A stretch of DNA of 62,125 bases, the filler included, from Nemertoderma westbladi (taxonomy: Eukaryota; Animalia; Xenacoelomorpha): assembly GCA_032718475.1 (NCBI GenBank). It is 5 parts of 5 records of this genome, joined end to end, with 100 filler letters (N's around TTAATTAATTAA, not from the genome) between each part and the next. Parts side by side here need not be neighbours in the genome. Positions count along the whole stretch, not along the records: positions 1 to 23,103 come from JAUCBJ010006008.1; 4 more parts are not named here. One strand, written 5' to 3'. The notes below the pieces were generated by a model. That model ran no database searches. It had not been told where the DNA came from and saw only the letters and a list, made by a program, of their open reading frames with translations. Shown here one piece after another: positions 1-10,426 of the stretch. The position numbers and the translations under genes are program-made. Numbering within the stretch: the stretch's first letter is position 1; each line of letters begins with the position of its first letter.

Positions 1-14
1 AGATACAAGTCAAG

Positions 15-1241
15 ATGATTGTAGATGTTCACAGCAAACTTTATTATGCTGGTAGAGAACGAGTTCTTAGCGAAATTCGAACTCGCTATTATTTTTATAA
101 ACCCCGTAGAGCTCTGAACCAAGTTCTTAGGAACTGCATACCCTGTAGGAAAGCATTCAGTAGGCCTTTATCACAGCGAGAGGCAGAATTACCTAGGGAA
201 CGAGTAAGCTTCTATGAACCACCCTTTACTAATACCGGTGTAGATTTATTTGGCCCTATTGAAGTATATCGTGCTAGGACTATAGTCAAGAGATGGTGTG
301 TCATCTTTGTTTGTATGACTTGTAGAGCTATCCATCTCGACATGGTGAACGATTTATCTACCAACAGCTTTCTATTAAGCTTACGACGACAGATCGCTCG
401 CTTTGGCACTAGTAACACGATGAGATCTGATAAGGGAACAAACTTCATTGGTGCCAACAATGAAATCAAAGCTTACGTCAAAGATTGGAACCAAAGACAG
501 GTGGACGATCAGCTACGAGTAACAGCGTCTAGCTGGACCTTCAACGCCGCCGACGCCCCTTGGTGGGGAGGAAGTTGGGAGAGATTAATAAGAAGTGTGA
601 AGACAGCATTTCACTTTATAGTGCCTTGCCGCGCGTATCTCACCGACGAACTTTTGCGGACGTTAATGGAGGAAATCGCCGCCTATCTCAATGAGAGACC
701 GCTTATGCCAGTCTCATCGAGTCCCGATTCCCTGGAAGCGCTAACACCCACGCACTTCCTACTGAAGAAACCTGTAGCCATGCTCCCACAATCAGAAATC
801 ACAGACGGAGACGAATACTGCCGGCAAACTTGGCAACTCATGCAGTTGTTATCCCGTCGTTTCGCTGACCATTTCGAAAAACATTATCTGCCCACGCTAC
901 AACTTCGAACTAAGTGGTTTGCGCAGCAAGAAAACGTCAGCGCTGGAGACATGGTCCTTATTGTGGATTCAGAACTTCCACGTAAGCGGTGGCAGACAGG
1001 TCGTATCATCGAGACTCACATCTCGGATGACGGTTTGGTGCGATCGGTAGAACTCGTCGTCATGCGACGTAACTTCAAGAAACCGGGAATTGTCTTCGAG
1101 ACACAGCAGCTCAATCGCCCAGTTGGTCGCTTATGTTTACTGGAAAGAGACAGAGAACTCTCCGGAAACTATGGAAGGCAAGATACTCTTCCCACGACCA
1201 CCTCCCTAATCCAACAAACATCTAGGGACTCCCCAACTTAA
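15..1241 (+). CDS. BEL/Pao LTR-retrotransposon pol C-terminus: integrase (Zn-binding, rve core, DUF5641-like tail); 5'-truncated by the window edge
   Basis: CIPC Zn motif, ELPRERV, PFTNTGVDLFGP (D1), RAIHLDMV, RSDKGTNFIGA (D2), APWWGGSWERLIRSVK (E), LTPTHFL, YLPTLQLRTKW, W..GRIIETH..DDGLVRSV and RPVGRLCLL are typical of BEL/Pao. The second His of HHCC appears as Tyr (HSKLYYAG). Confidence 0.95.
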   Translation: MIVDVHSKLYYAGRERVLSEIRTRYYFYKPRRALNQVLRNCIPCRKAFSRPLSQREAELPRERVSFYEPPFTNTGVDLFGPIEVYRARTIVKRWCVIFVCMTCRAIHLDMVNDLSTNSFLLSLRRQIARFGTSNTMRSDKGTNFIGANNEIKAYVKDWNQRQVDDQLRVTASSWTFNAADAPWWGGSWERLIRSVKTAFHFIVPCRAYLTDELLRTLMEEIAAYLNERPLMPVSSSPDSLEALTPTHFLLKKPVAMLPQSEITDGDEYCRQTWQLMQLLSRRFADHFEKHYLPTLQLRTKWFAQQENVSAGDMVLIVDSELPRKRWQTGRIIETHISDDGLVRSVELVVMRRNFKKPGIVFETQQLNRPVGRLCLLERDRELSGNYGRQDTLPTTTSLIQQTSRDSPT

Positions 1242-2876
1242 CAACGGCTGGAGTGGGTGTATGACTATATTTGTATTTGTTTTTATTCTTTTATATTTAT
1301 GTATATATTATTATGTAATTTTATTATAATCGTTTTCTTTAATTTTATTTAGTAGAATGTTATTTTAGCGATTATTTAGTAGATTAGTGCAATATATATT
1401 CGCGTTTATTACTTAATTATTTATATATTATATATTTAGTGCGACGGCGAGAAATAATTCTTTTTCTCTTTCGTTACTGTCCGTATTACATTACAAATAC
1501 GTAATTACAGTAAGATGACATATCCGTACTTATTAAAGTACAATAAGGCTCCTACTATATTTAAGTATTATTGGTAAGCAGAGTATTAGGAATGCAAAAT
1601 TCAGATCCTCGTGTCTCGGCTAAACCAAGCTCTGGGTAGACCTTGGAAACGACTTGCCTCTTCTCACTGACATTGCTTCGTGCGATATTGCTCTCATACC
1701 GTATATTAAATAATACATATAATAGCGTGATGTCCCTTTAACAGTAGCGTATAACGCAAAATAAATCTGTTAAACCCTTTGACCATCTGTAATTCTAGTC
1801 AATTAAGATATCGCGGCACCCACCGATATACTTGAAAGACAAATTCTAGAATCAGTGGTTAACGCCCCCAGACAAGTTCTGGAATAAACTGGTGCCCATC
1901 CTAAATATTAATTATTAATATTTATAAAATCTGTCGAAATTTTAGATCCTTTAAAATTCTAGTCGATTAAGATATGGTAGCACTTACCGATACTCTTAAA
2001 AGGTCAAAATTCCTAGAATCAAGGATCCCAGTTCCCAGACACGTTCTGGAATAAAATTGTGTCTATTTAACATTAAATAATAAAATTTACGGGAATAAAT
2101 TTAAATTCATATATTTTAATGAATTTAATAAATTGTTATTTTTATACAATTTATAACATTCCCAAAATTCCATTAATTAATAGATCATGGGAGCGGAGAT
2201 TCACTTTATTAAGTGTATTTGTGTGCGAGAATCTCCAATATATAGTCAATAGCCGATAAAATTCATAAAATCATGTATAGAGAGGATATTGACCATTAAA
2301 GAATTACTATTAAATAGCATCCCAGATCTGTATGCATGAGAATTACCCTAATTCTACCGCTAGCTTTCCATAATGTCACCATGGCAACAACCACGCTAGA
2401 ATTAGAAGTGAGTTAAAAGAACAATAGAAAGCTTGCCCCATTGAATAGCATAGGGAATAAATAGCGCACTGCTAGTATCCAAGGATACATAATAAATAAC
2501 GTGACATTCTGGAAGGTACTGACTAACGGACAAATGGCCCGAATGTGTACAGTTTGTGGCAGTTGTGTTGAATTTGTGCGTTCATAGGTGAATGTTACTG
2601 CTAAAGTGTGTTTACAGTAGCTAATCGCAATTGTGAAAGTAGCCCTAACTCTCCAGAAAGAACCTGAAGTACATCTAAGCCTTTGGGACGGACAGTGGAG
2701 TGACTTGTGCCGGTTATCGTTGTCGTTGTGTAGCTACATCGTTGGCGAAAGCACAGCGACGACGGTACATCGGCGCTGAGGATCTTGCACTGTCCGGGGG
2801 CAAAAGAGGGGTAGGCAGCGACGCCCGCTAGCCTAATATATAAACTCATTATAATATTGATAAACTCATAGCAGAT

Positions 2877-4043
2877 ATGACTGAGTTGATAGAAGATGAT
2901 CTTAGTATCAGGGAGCAATATACTCTACCTTTACAAGCGTTTGTCGATAGCTTGATACGCGGCGACGCTGGTCCAACTACTACGGAGGATGATGGTCGTT
3001 ATATCGAACCGCCAATGTCCCCGGAGCAACTTACGCGTGAATTGGATTATAGAAAGTTCACCGCTCGCTATACGCATCGTAATGGTACGTATATGGACTT
3101 CTTAACTACTGGCCATCCTATCGATTTACACGATACGGACGATGTAGATACCGAAAGGGAAATGGTTTTATTTAAATATCATACCCAGCGGAGTCGGAAC
3201 GATAAACCGAGAATAGAACACGAGAACTCTATTCGAAACAGACTCGAAAGGGAAGACGTTGAAGAGCCGGATAAACGCAGCGATTTCAACGATTATCTGG
3301 AATTCTTGAGAGAGACATACCTCAATATTGCCAGTCAACAAAATCTCGAAACTCGATATCCTCAAGGTATACATCATGATCCTATGATAGAACTCAAACG
3401 ACTCTATTTCACTATGATATATCTTACCGCCGATCGACCGCTACCTGTCGTCCCAGATAGCTTCGAACAGATGGAGGAATATTGTAAAACTGGAGAACGA
3501 TCACCCGCGTTTCCCCTGCAGGACGTGCGTCTTTGGTATTACTGCGACGAATGCCCTAGACCCAATCAGCAAACGGAGAGACATAAACATCCGCGGAGAC
3601 GTTGCGCTAAACACAGTTTTACACGATATACTTATGGGAGTTTCGAGCGAAACCTGTTCGACGTATCCCCTACGGTCGCTCGACTCAAACAATCCTTGAA
3701 CAAACCGATGATCAGAGTTCCGGAATACTCGGTCAGACATCCTCATTCCTCAGTTAGACCTCAGACTCTTGATCCTAATAGTATCACGGATCCTCCCGAA
3801 CTGTACTCACTGTTCAAAGATCTAGTGTTACCCGAACAGTTGATCAGTGGCACTCCGGTAGTAGGCTCACTAGATATTCACCAACCCTACCTAGCTGGAT
3901 TGGGACGCGGTCATCTAATATCGCCGTTTAACCCATACAACCGTCTCGGCTTCACCTCGATCCAACCCGTTACGGAAGTCGAAGAGAGCGTCGTACGAAA
4001 CGCGTTAGACGCTATTCGGCAGAAAATCGGAAAGGGAACTTAA
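2877..4043 (+). CDS. Retrotransposon cargo ORF A, unknown function (Cys/His cluster CDEC...HKH...CAKH); in frame with the next ORF across one TAA
   Basis: 388-aa ORF in the same frame as 4050-5849, separated from it only by TAA GAT TGT. Confidence 0.65.
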   Translation: MTELIEDDLSIREQYTLPLQAFVDSLIRGDAGPTTTEDDGRYIEPPMSPEQLTRELDYRKFTARYTHRNGTYMDFLTTGHPIDLHDTDDVDTEREMVLFKYHTQRSRNDKPRIEHENSIRNRLEREDVEEPDKRSDFNDYLEFLRETYLNIASQQNLETRYPQGIHHDPMIELKRLYFTMIYLTADRPLPVVPDSFEQMEEYCKTGERSPAFPLQDVRLWYYCDECPRPNQQTERHKHPRRRCAKHSFTRYTYGSFERNLFDVSPTVARLKQSLNKPMIRVPEYSVRHPHSSVRPQTLDPNSITDPPELYSLFKDLVLPEQLISGTPVVGSLDIHQPYLAGLGRGHLISPFNPYNRLGFTSIQPVTEVEESVVRNALDAIRQKIGKGT

Positions 4044-4049
4044 GATTGT

Positions 4050-5849
4050 TTGGAGAAACGTAAATTGCAACAACAAGTCCAAGTGGTGAAGGAATTAGCT
4101 TTACCCCAGTTCGATAGAGAAATACAAAATCTCGAGGAGGACATCGAACGTGGACGAACCTACTCTTTACAAGAGTTCCTAGATGAGCGTCTACAACAAC
4201 AAGCGGAGGAAAATCAGCTCGAGGAGAGACATATAGAACTAGATGAGAGAGAAGAAGCAGCTTTAGCTCAACCCGAAGCTCAAATCCTTATGACGGATCT
4301 CTACTCTAAAACCATCCTTCATCCCTCGATGGTTCCCCATTTCGGAGACAAACTCTTTGCGACGGTACAACCCCAACCGGTTGATATCAACCTAAGATCT
4401 CGAGATCTTATCGCTGACGCTCCCATGTTGCAACGTCCGCCCTTCGAAGCCGCTCGTGTCGATGGTATACTCGTTGAACCTCCGGACAATAGAGCGGATC
4501 TTGTCCGTCGCATGGTACACGATGTAAACATACGCGCTAGACCTTTACCGGACTCGTTTTATGGGATCAAAGATCACCCTTATTACGTCAATCTAACACA
4601 ATATTACATGGTAAAACCGGAAGATCCTACACATAGTCTGAGGTTTCTACCACTAATAAATCCTCTCGATCTTGTCGAACTCGAACAACTGCAGAAACAT
4701 CTGGATCAGTTAGTTAAAGTAAACTCATTTCGAAAACCATATAATGTTTCCAGAATAGAGAAAGAAACAATACCTCCGTATAATCTTGATGGATTCATCA
4801 AAACTCGTTTAGTACACTGGAATCTTGACGTGTTATTCGAGGAGGAAAGAATACAACGATATGGAGATGTGGAAACATATACCACACAATATTTAAAGTA
4901 TAGAGACCTACCTAATGCTAGCGAATGCGCTACCTTGTGGCATCCTGTGGGAATGACCCTCGAAAACGCCACTAAAGAGTGGAACGAAACTCTTAACGTT
5001 ATCGAGATGTATGGAGTTGTCACTTACGATAACGAAGGTAGCGTTCCGGTTGGAGAACTGGGAACTACGCGGATGATACACATACGAGGACTCGCTGGTT
5101 CTACCCACGTATTTACTCGAGCGTGTTCCGATGTGATTGATTATTCTTTTGAAACTCTTACTGAGACACAAAAGAAACTCCGACATGGACAATACGAACT
5201 CGCGCAGCGTTACGTCACCGACACCGAGCGCAAACCGGCCATGGGTATCGATGGATCGATGTTACCCCAGCCCGTGCTCGAAATGTTGTTTAACGAAAGA
5301 ATCCTTAAAATCGGCTCAGCTGTTTATGGAGATCTACAAAACGACTTTCGGAATATAGAGAACATTCCATACCCTTTCGTTGATGCTCAGCTGATTGCTC
5401 CCTGGGCAGAAGGCCGAGGTTTCTTCCGTACTATGTATGCCAATACACCCAGCGGCATTACTAAAGTACAACGAACCTCCATCGGACATCTTGCCTTTCA
5501 AGAATACGGATGGAATTTCAAGGTTGGAAATCCTATCAATTACCAACAAGTATATGGAGATCATTATTCTCGTTTATACATTGATGGACCATTGACCGCA
5601 CCTGGCGCTGTGTATAGCTTTATGAGTGTTCCACTTCGTCCCTCCTTAGCTATATACACGATCTTTGAAAACGCAGCACTTGCCGGTTGGCTAGCCGATG
5701 TGTGCAGTCGTACCATACGCGCCCATCCCTTAATACTTGGAACCAAACTTGCCAAGTTAGATGAACACAATAAATTCATCCGCTTCGAATGTTTCAGGCG
5801 CTTTCTGACTCCGTTCCGTTCGATAGTCAGTTCAAAGACCGCGCTCTGA
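4050..5849 (+). CDS. Retrotransposon cargo ORF B: acidic coiled coil plus a DEDDy/WRN-EXD-like 3'-5' exonuclease domain
   Basis: VVTYDNEG (ExoI DxE), MIHI, LPQPVLEMLFNERILKIGSAVYGD (ExoII; compare WRN-type LPxxLxxLLxDxxILKVGVGxxxD), FVDAQLIA, TSIGHLA and PLRPSLAIYTIFE (ExoIII-like, with E in place of the usual D). Confidence 0.7.
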   Translation: MEKRKLQQQVQVVKELALPQFDREIQNLEEDIERGRTYSLQEFLDERLQQQAEENQLEERHIELDEREEAALAQPEAQILMTDLYSKTILHPSMVPHFGDKLFATVQPQPVDINLRSRDLIADAPMLQRPPFEAARVDGILVEPPDNRADLVRRMVHDVNIRARPLPDSFYGIKDHPYYVNLTQYYMVKPEDPTHSLRFLPLINPLDLVELEQLQKHLDQLVKVNSFRKPYNVSRIEKETIPPYNLDGFIKTRLVHWNLDVLFEEERIQRYGDVETYTTQYLKYRDLPNASECATLWHPVGMTLENATKEWNETLNVIEMYGVVTYDNEGSVPVGELGTTRMIHIRGLAGSTHVFTRACSDVIDYSFETLTETQKKLRHGQYELAQRYVTDTERKPAMGIDGSMLPQPVLEMLFNERILKIGSAVYGDLQNDFRNIENIPYPFVDAQLIAPWAEGRGFFRTMYANTPSGITKVQRTSIGHLAFQEYGWNFKVGNPINYQQVYGDHYSRLYIDGPLTAPGAVYSFMSVPLRPSLAIYTIFENAALAGWLADVCSRTIRAHPLILGTKLAKLDEHNKFIRFECFRRFLTPFRSIVSSKTAL

Positions 5850-7126
5850 CCAAACTCAGCCTAAGAGACTCAGCTGCGGAGAAGCTAAACAGCGCGGGAT
5901 TTGCCCTCTTTCAGGACGTTTGTATACAGAACTTACATTCATCTGTTATACAAAGACCCCGAATACCCACGGGTTATTCTGTCGTGGAAGTTCAGACAGT
6001 GGGTCCGCTTGCGGAGACAGCCGCACCTACCTCAGCTATGCAATTGGAAGACGAATCAATATGCTTAGAGTCTGAAGCGATCCAGCCTACAGCGCCCCGG
6101 AGCAGCGATAACGATTACGTCTTGGAGTGGTATCAAGGTCCACAATGTCTCACCGCATACGATTATCGACACGCCAATTATGTTTCTCGAAAACGTTGTC
6201 GATTATGCGCATCGAGAGACCATTTCACCCCTATGGACTCAGACGTACCCTGCTCCTATTTCCACGAACAGCCGATGATGGAGATCTATTGTGCGTATTG
6301 CAGACTTAATAACTCGCATATTTTTGCAGTCTGCCCCCAATTTATGACCCAATGCCACCACTGTCAACTTAAAGGACATGCCAGTTATAATTGCCCCTTT
6401 AACCGCGATTTAGAAAGCGTAGATGAGATGATTACCCTGCGCTACATCCGAGCTTGGGAAGCGAACGCGGATTTACATTGTGAGTCCCGCCATCGCTACT
6501 ATCCTGGACGCTCTTACGAGGGAGTTTACGCGTTCCATCCTTATCTATTCGCGTCTGTGGAACAAAAAACACGCACACCGAGTTACGAACTAATGAAGCG
6601 TGTTGGTGAGTGTATTTCCACCAAATTTGTTCGAAAATATCTTAGGAACGTCAATCCTAACGATATTACTTCATACCATTTGATCAATTTCATCCGTCAA
6701 GACCCTGAGTATGGCGATTTCTTTATCAACTCGCACCCTGAGTTACAGGAAGTATCTCGACGGCCCTACGAATATCGAGCCCGAGAACGCGAGCTGGAAA
6801 GAACCATTAAACCAATGAAGTTTCTCACCACTCACTGTCCGCCTACCGCCATTGTCCAGACGACCCGTCAAGGACCCGTAGGAGCTGCTGTCCTAAGACG
6901 CGCCCTAAAGGCCGTTAGACCTCGCTCCACTGAAGTTGATATCGATCAACCAGGTACCTCGACCGGCGGATACACCGATCGTAATCCTAAACCTTCTGAT
7001 GCAATTGTATTGCACCCTTCACCCAGGAGTTACAGCCCTCCTAGTAAAGTGGCTCGCCCCAAAGAGAAAAGGACTCTTGCTAGCCTCAAAAAACTGCGTA
7101 AACGCCGTCCGCGTAAGAAAGACTAA
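5789..7126 (+). CDS. Retrotransposon cargo ORF C: three CCHC-type zinc knuckles and a basic NLS-like tail
   Basis: CRLC-x4-H...C, CAYC-x5-H-x4-C and the canonical CHHCQLKGHASYNC; C-terminal KKLRKRRPRKKD. Overlaps ORF B by 61 nt in another frame. Confidence 0.7.
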   Translation: MFQALSDSVPFDSQFKDRALTKLSLRDSAAEKLNSAGFALFQDVCIQNLHSSVIQRPRIPTGYSVVEVQTVGPLAETAAPTSAMQLEDESICLESEAIQPTAPRSSDNDYVLEWYQGPQCLTAYDYRHANYVSRKRCRLCASRDHFTPMDSDVPCSYFHEQPMMEIYCAYCRLNNSHIFAVCPQFMTQCHHCQLKGHASYNCPFNRDLESVDEMITLRYIRAWEANADLHCESRHRYYPGRSYEGVYAFHPYLFASVEQKTRTPSYELMKRVGECISTKFVRKYLRNVNPNDITSYHLINFIRQDPEYGDFFINSHPELQEVSRRPYEYRARERELERTIKPMKFLTTHCPPTAIVQTTRQGPVGAAVLRRALKAVRPRSTEVDIDQPGTSTGGYTDRNPKPSDAIVLHPSPRSYSPPSKVARPKEKRTLASLKKLRKRRPRKKD

Positions 7127-7204
7127 CTGTTTAGAGTATTTTTATATTTTAGAAACTGTGATTTGTTATATTTTATAGACTTAAATCCCATTTTCTGGGA
7201 GCGG

Positions 7205-7845
7205 TGTAAAGGCTTTTGCGGAATTAGCCGGTTATTTTCCCCGTAAAGTACTCTGTAGTTGGTTTAACAGGCATAAAAGGCCGTGTCCTTACTGTACTGG
7301 TGTTTTAGAGGACATAAAAGCCATTTCTTCTGTATGTGTACTTTAGCGGACATAATTAGCAATTCTATGACGCAATACGCCAGATCCTCTTGAAACAGTG
7401 TAGCTACCATGACGACGGCTAACAGCTGATGCTGTACACGTGGAGCTTTTTCTTTGTTCTCTGTTCCTTCTTTGTTCGGTCGACCAATCAGAGCGTTTTT
7501 TGCCTCTGCGTTAGAGATTGTATATAGAAACTCGTGGAGTTGAGTCAGTATGTGATTTTGTCCACAGCCTAGAACACCGGCTTTGGAACCTCCGTGTTTC
7601 AGTCTTTAGCCCAACATTAGTAGGCTTAATTATAGAACGTATATCTGTTATCAATCCAAACCATAACATACCATATCTCATACCAATCCATAACTCACTC
7701 ACTCATAACTTAACTTAACATTTTACTGCTATTTACTGTCGGTTATTCATTATATTTGTTGATGGAATATTATAGTTGGAATACTGATAAATAATCAGAC
7801 ACCCCAATCTTCTTGATATACTAAAGGTTAGAGAGACCGGTTACA
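7205..7845 (+). repeat. Putative 3' LTR (~640 bp)
   Basis: Begins TGTAA directly after the PPT-like GGGAGCGG and ends TTACA (inverted ends). Contains CCAAT (~7484) and TATATAG (~7521). The partner LTR is not visible. Confidence 0.6.
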
Positions 7846-8225
7846 TATAACGATTGCGACTTACATTAAGTGGTTTGAAGTGAATCTTATGCTATTTCAT
7901 AGGCCCTACATGTATTGTCTGTTGTTCTCTTTATATGTGACTAAAATTAGTGAAGGTCGGCAGATTAGTGTGCAGCATTGTGCAGTATTGTGTATGATTG
8001 TGACTGATAACAAAGCATCTCCTAAAGAATGCGCCATATACGTGAATCTATAGCCATCCCGTTGTGTTTAGTTTAAGTCATAACTCTGTTTACATATTTA
8101 GAGCGCCACGTCCTAAAGGAACTGTTAATATTTCCCGAAAGTGAATAATATTTGTCAGAGATTATATATTACGATCAGTCGAATAATACAGTAGGCCTAC
8201 CCCGCAATACGGTTAGGCTTCCGAA

Positions 8226-8390
8226 TCCAGTCTCCCGGGTATATCCAGCGGGTGAATGATCGCGCATAGACTGGCTTCGGCTAATGTAGTGTATCAAATA
8301 CTTGTCATAGGCTAAAGACGATCTATCATCTAAAAGACATCCCAATTTGGCAGGTTAAACAGCTAAAGATCTGAAAGCGCGAACAACGTT
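8226..8390 (+). repeat. Interspersed repeat; second copy at 23207-23380
   Basis: CAGTCTCCCGGGT..ATCCA.CGGGTGAATGATCGCGCAT...TTTGGCAGGTTAAAC.GCTAAAG..AAAGCGCGAACA is shared by both loci. Confidence 0.75.
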
Positions 8391-9008
8391 AATAACTCAG
8401 CCAAATGTTAATGAAATTTAACCAAACTTGGTACACATGTCAGCATAGTCTGGCCAAAGTTTAGAAATTTTCCAAGTTGAATTTTCGCGTGGCCTTCGAG
8501 AAGCTAAGATAAGATAATTAGTTAATTAAGTTGATTAGGGTAAAAACATCAATTTCAACCTGCCTCCTTAAGGCAGTAAGCAGGTAAGGGGGGGGGGGGG
8601 GGGGGGGGGGGTAGCGCATTTTCAGACCAAAAAGTCGAATTTTTGAAACATATCCTACAGCATAGAGTCTCACAGGTTACACTGGTCACCCATTCTCATC
8701 AGGAAGCTCTATAACAGTATAAGCACTAAGCAGCAAAGCCTATACTGCTACACCCTACTGCTGGCAGGGTGGTGATGTTGTAAAGACTGAAGACTGGCGA
8801 AATTTGAGGTTTAACCTCAAATTTCAATTTTCGCCCCCAATAAAAGCATGTTTGCATCGGTGAAATATTTTATTGCATCGATAAAAGTTCTTATTTTACA
8901 TCATATTTTAACATTTTAACATATTTTAAGTTTTCGTTTCGGCACGAATGTTTTGAAGGGTTTAGCGAGGCATCTCTGCCTTGCATCCTTAAATGGTATA
9001 AATGAGTA

Positions 9009-9951
9009 CCGGTGTCACAAGGAAATCAGCCCCCCCTAGAATATGCCCCCCGGGGCATTATTTCCTAGGATATTATGTCCCCCCGGGCAATTTCTCCTAG
9101 GAAATTTAGCCCGGGGGGGCATTTTCTCCTTAGGAAATAATGCCTCCCCTCAGGAAAATTAGCCCCCCTCAAAAGTCTGAAAACTGGTACGATACCGGTC
9201 TGCTGGTAGCCACTTTTAATCTACCAACTGCAGAACTTGTAATAGTTGGAAGAATAGTACGGCACCGGTCTGCCGGTAGGTAAGCAGGTGAGGCAGTAAG
9301 GGATGTAGAACAGCATACTGAAGTATCTAAGTCAGTAGGCTACTGTACAGTAGTAAGTACTAAGTAAGTATAACAGCAGTGCGAGTGTGTGGTGTTGTGT
9401 GGGCGCCGAGCAGCTCCAAGCTTTTTTAAGTCTGTAACCTGCTCCTTTCCCTGATTTGGTAAAGTGATTGTTTATTGTTTTGGTTAGAAAATCCCGCCTC
9501 TGTAACCTGCTCCTTTCTCTCAATTGGTAATGTTATCGTTTATTGTTTTGGTTAGAAAATCCCGTCTCTGTAACCTGCTCCTTTCCCTGATTTGCTAAAG
9601 TGACTGTTTATTGTTTTGGTTAGAAAATCCCGCCTCTGTAACCTGCTCCTTTCCCTCAATTAGTTAAATGATCGTTTATTGTTTTGGTTAGAAAGGCCTG
9701 CCTCTGTAACCTGCTCCTTTCCTTCATTTGGTAAAGTGACTGTTTATTGTTTTGTATAATTTTTGTAAGTTTTAGTAGTAATAAGTTTTGTTTATTGTAT
9801 AATTCTGTAATTCAGGGGTTCAGGGGGGGCATAATTTCCTAAGGGGGGGCATTTTTTCCTAGGGAAATTTGCCCGGGGGGGCATTTTTTCCTAGGAAAAT
9901 ATGCCCCCCCGGGCACATTTCCCGGGGGGGCATATTTTCCTGTTACACCGG
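9009..9951. mobile_element. Non-autonomous TIR element with TA target duplication, inserted in a SINE-core fragment
   Basis: TA|CCGGTGTCACAAGGAAAT...ATTTTCCTGTTACACCGG|TA, with inverted GC-rich CCTAGG/CCCGGG subterminal repeats. The left flank reads GCCTTGCATCC..ATAAATGAGTAC, like the SINE core at ~45590-45630. Confidence 0.75.
9432..9755 (+). repeat. ~68-bp tandem repeat (TGTAACCTGCTCCTTTCCC...TTTATTGTTTTGGTTAGAAAATCCCGCCTC), a dispersed family
   Basis: About 5 copies here; related copies at ~16100-16270 and, inverted, at ~38085-38265 and ~60610-60845. Confidence 0.85.
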
Positions 9952-10426
9952 TACTGGACTTTCTGCCTATGTCGACCAGCATGTGAAGTTTGCCCGGTAT
10001 TCCCCTTAAACCCGGGGGGGGGTCAATATAACAACTCCCGCTCTGAAACTAACGATACTAACTAAAAAACTAACCGAAACGAACTAAAAGGAATTCAAAT
10101 AAAATAAGCTAGAAATCTTAAATTTGTTTTCAGCGGCTGGGGCCAAATTTTGGTGCCGGCGGCCGGCCCATGTGAAGAATACAAAACCGCCCATGTGAAG
10201 AATACCAGGATTTCACTTTTCAGTCGACTTTTACTGGAATTTTATATATGAAGATTTTAATTCTTTTTTAATTTATCTTTATTGAGTGTATTATAGAGCT
10301 TATTTATGTCTTATTAAACCTGTAAATATACTAATTCGTTTATTGTTTTGGTTATATTCAGCCTTTCTGTAACCTGTGTTTTTCGTGAAAACATGGTATT
10401 CTTCACATGGGAGTAACTGCAAAGTG

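Larger units (their letters stand above)
1..7845 (+). mobile_element. 3' portion of a BEL/Pao LTR retrotransposon with extra cargo ORFs between pol and the 3' LTR
   Basis: The integrase is followed by same-strand, intronless ORFs, then a purine-rich CTGGGAGCGG and a TGTAA...TTACA-bounded segment. The 5' LTR is outside the window, so linkage of the cargo to pol is inferred. Confidence 0.7.

Noticed and set aside
2877-7126. Envelope gene making the BEL element an infectious retrovirus-like agent
   Set aside because: No signal peptide, TM anchor or fusion-protein pattern is evident; the features point to a soluble nucleic-acid-binding protein.
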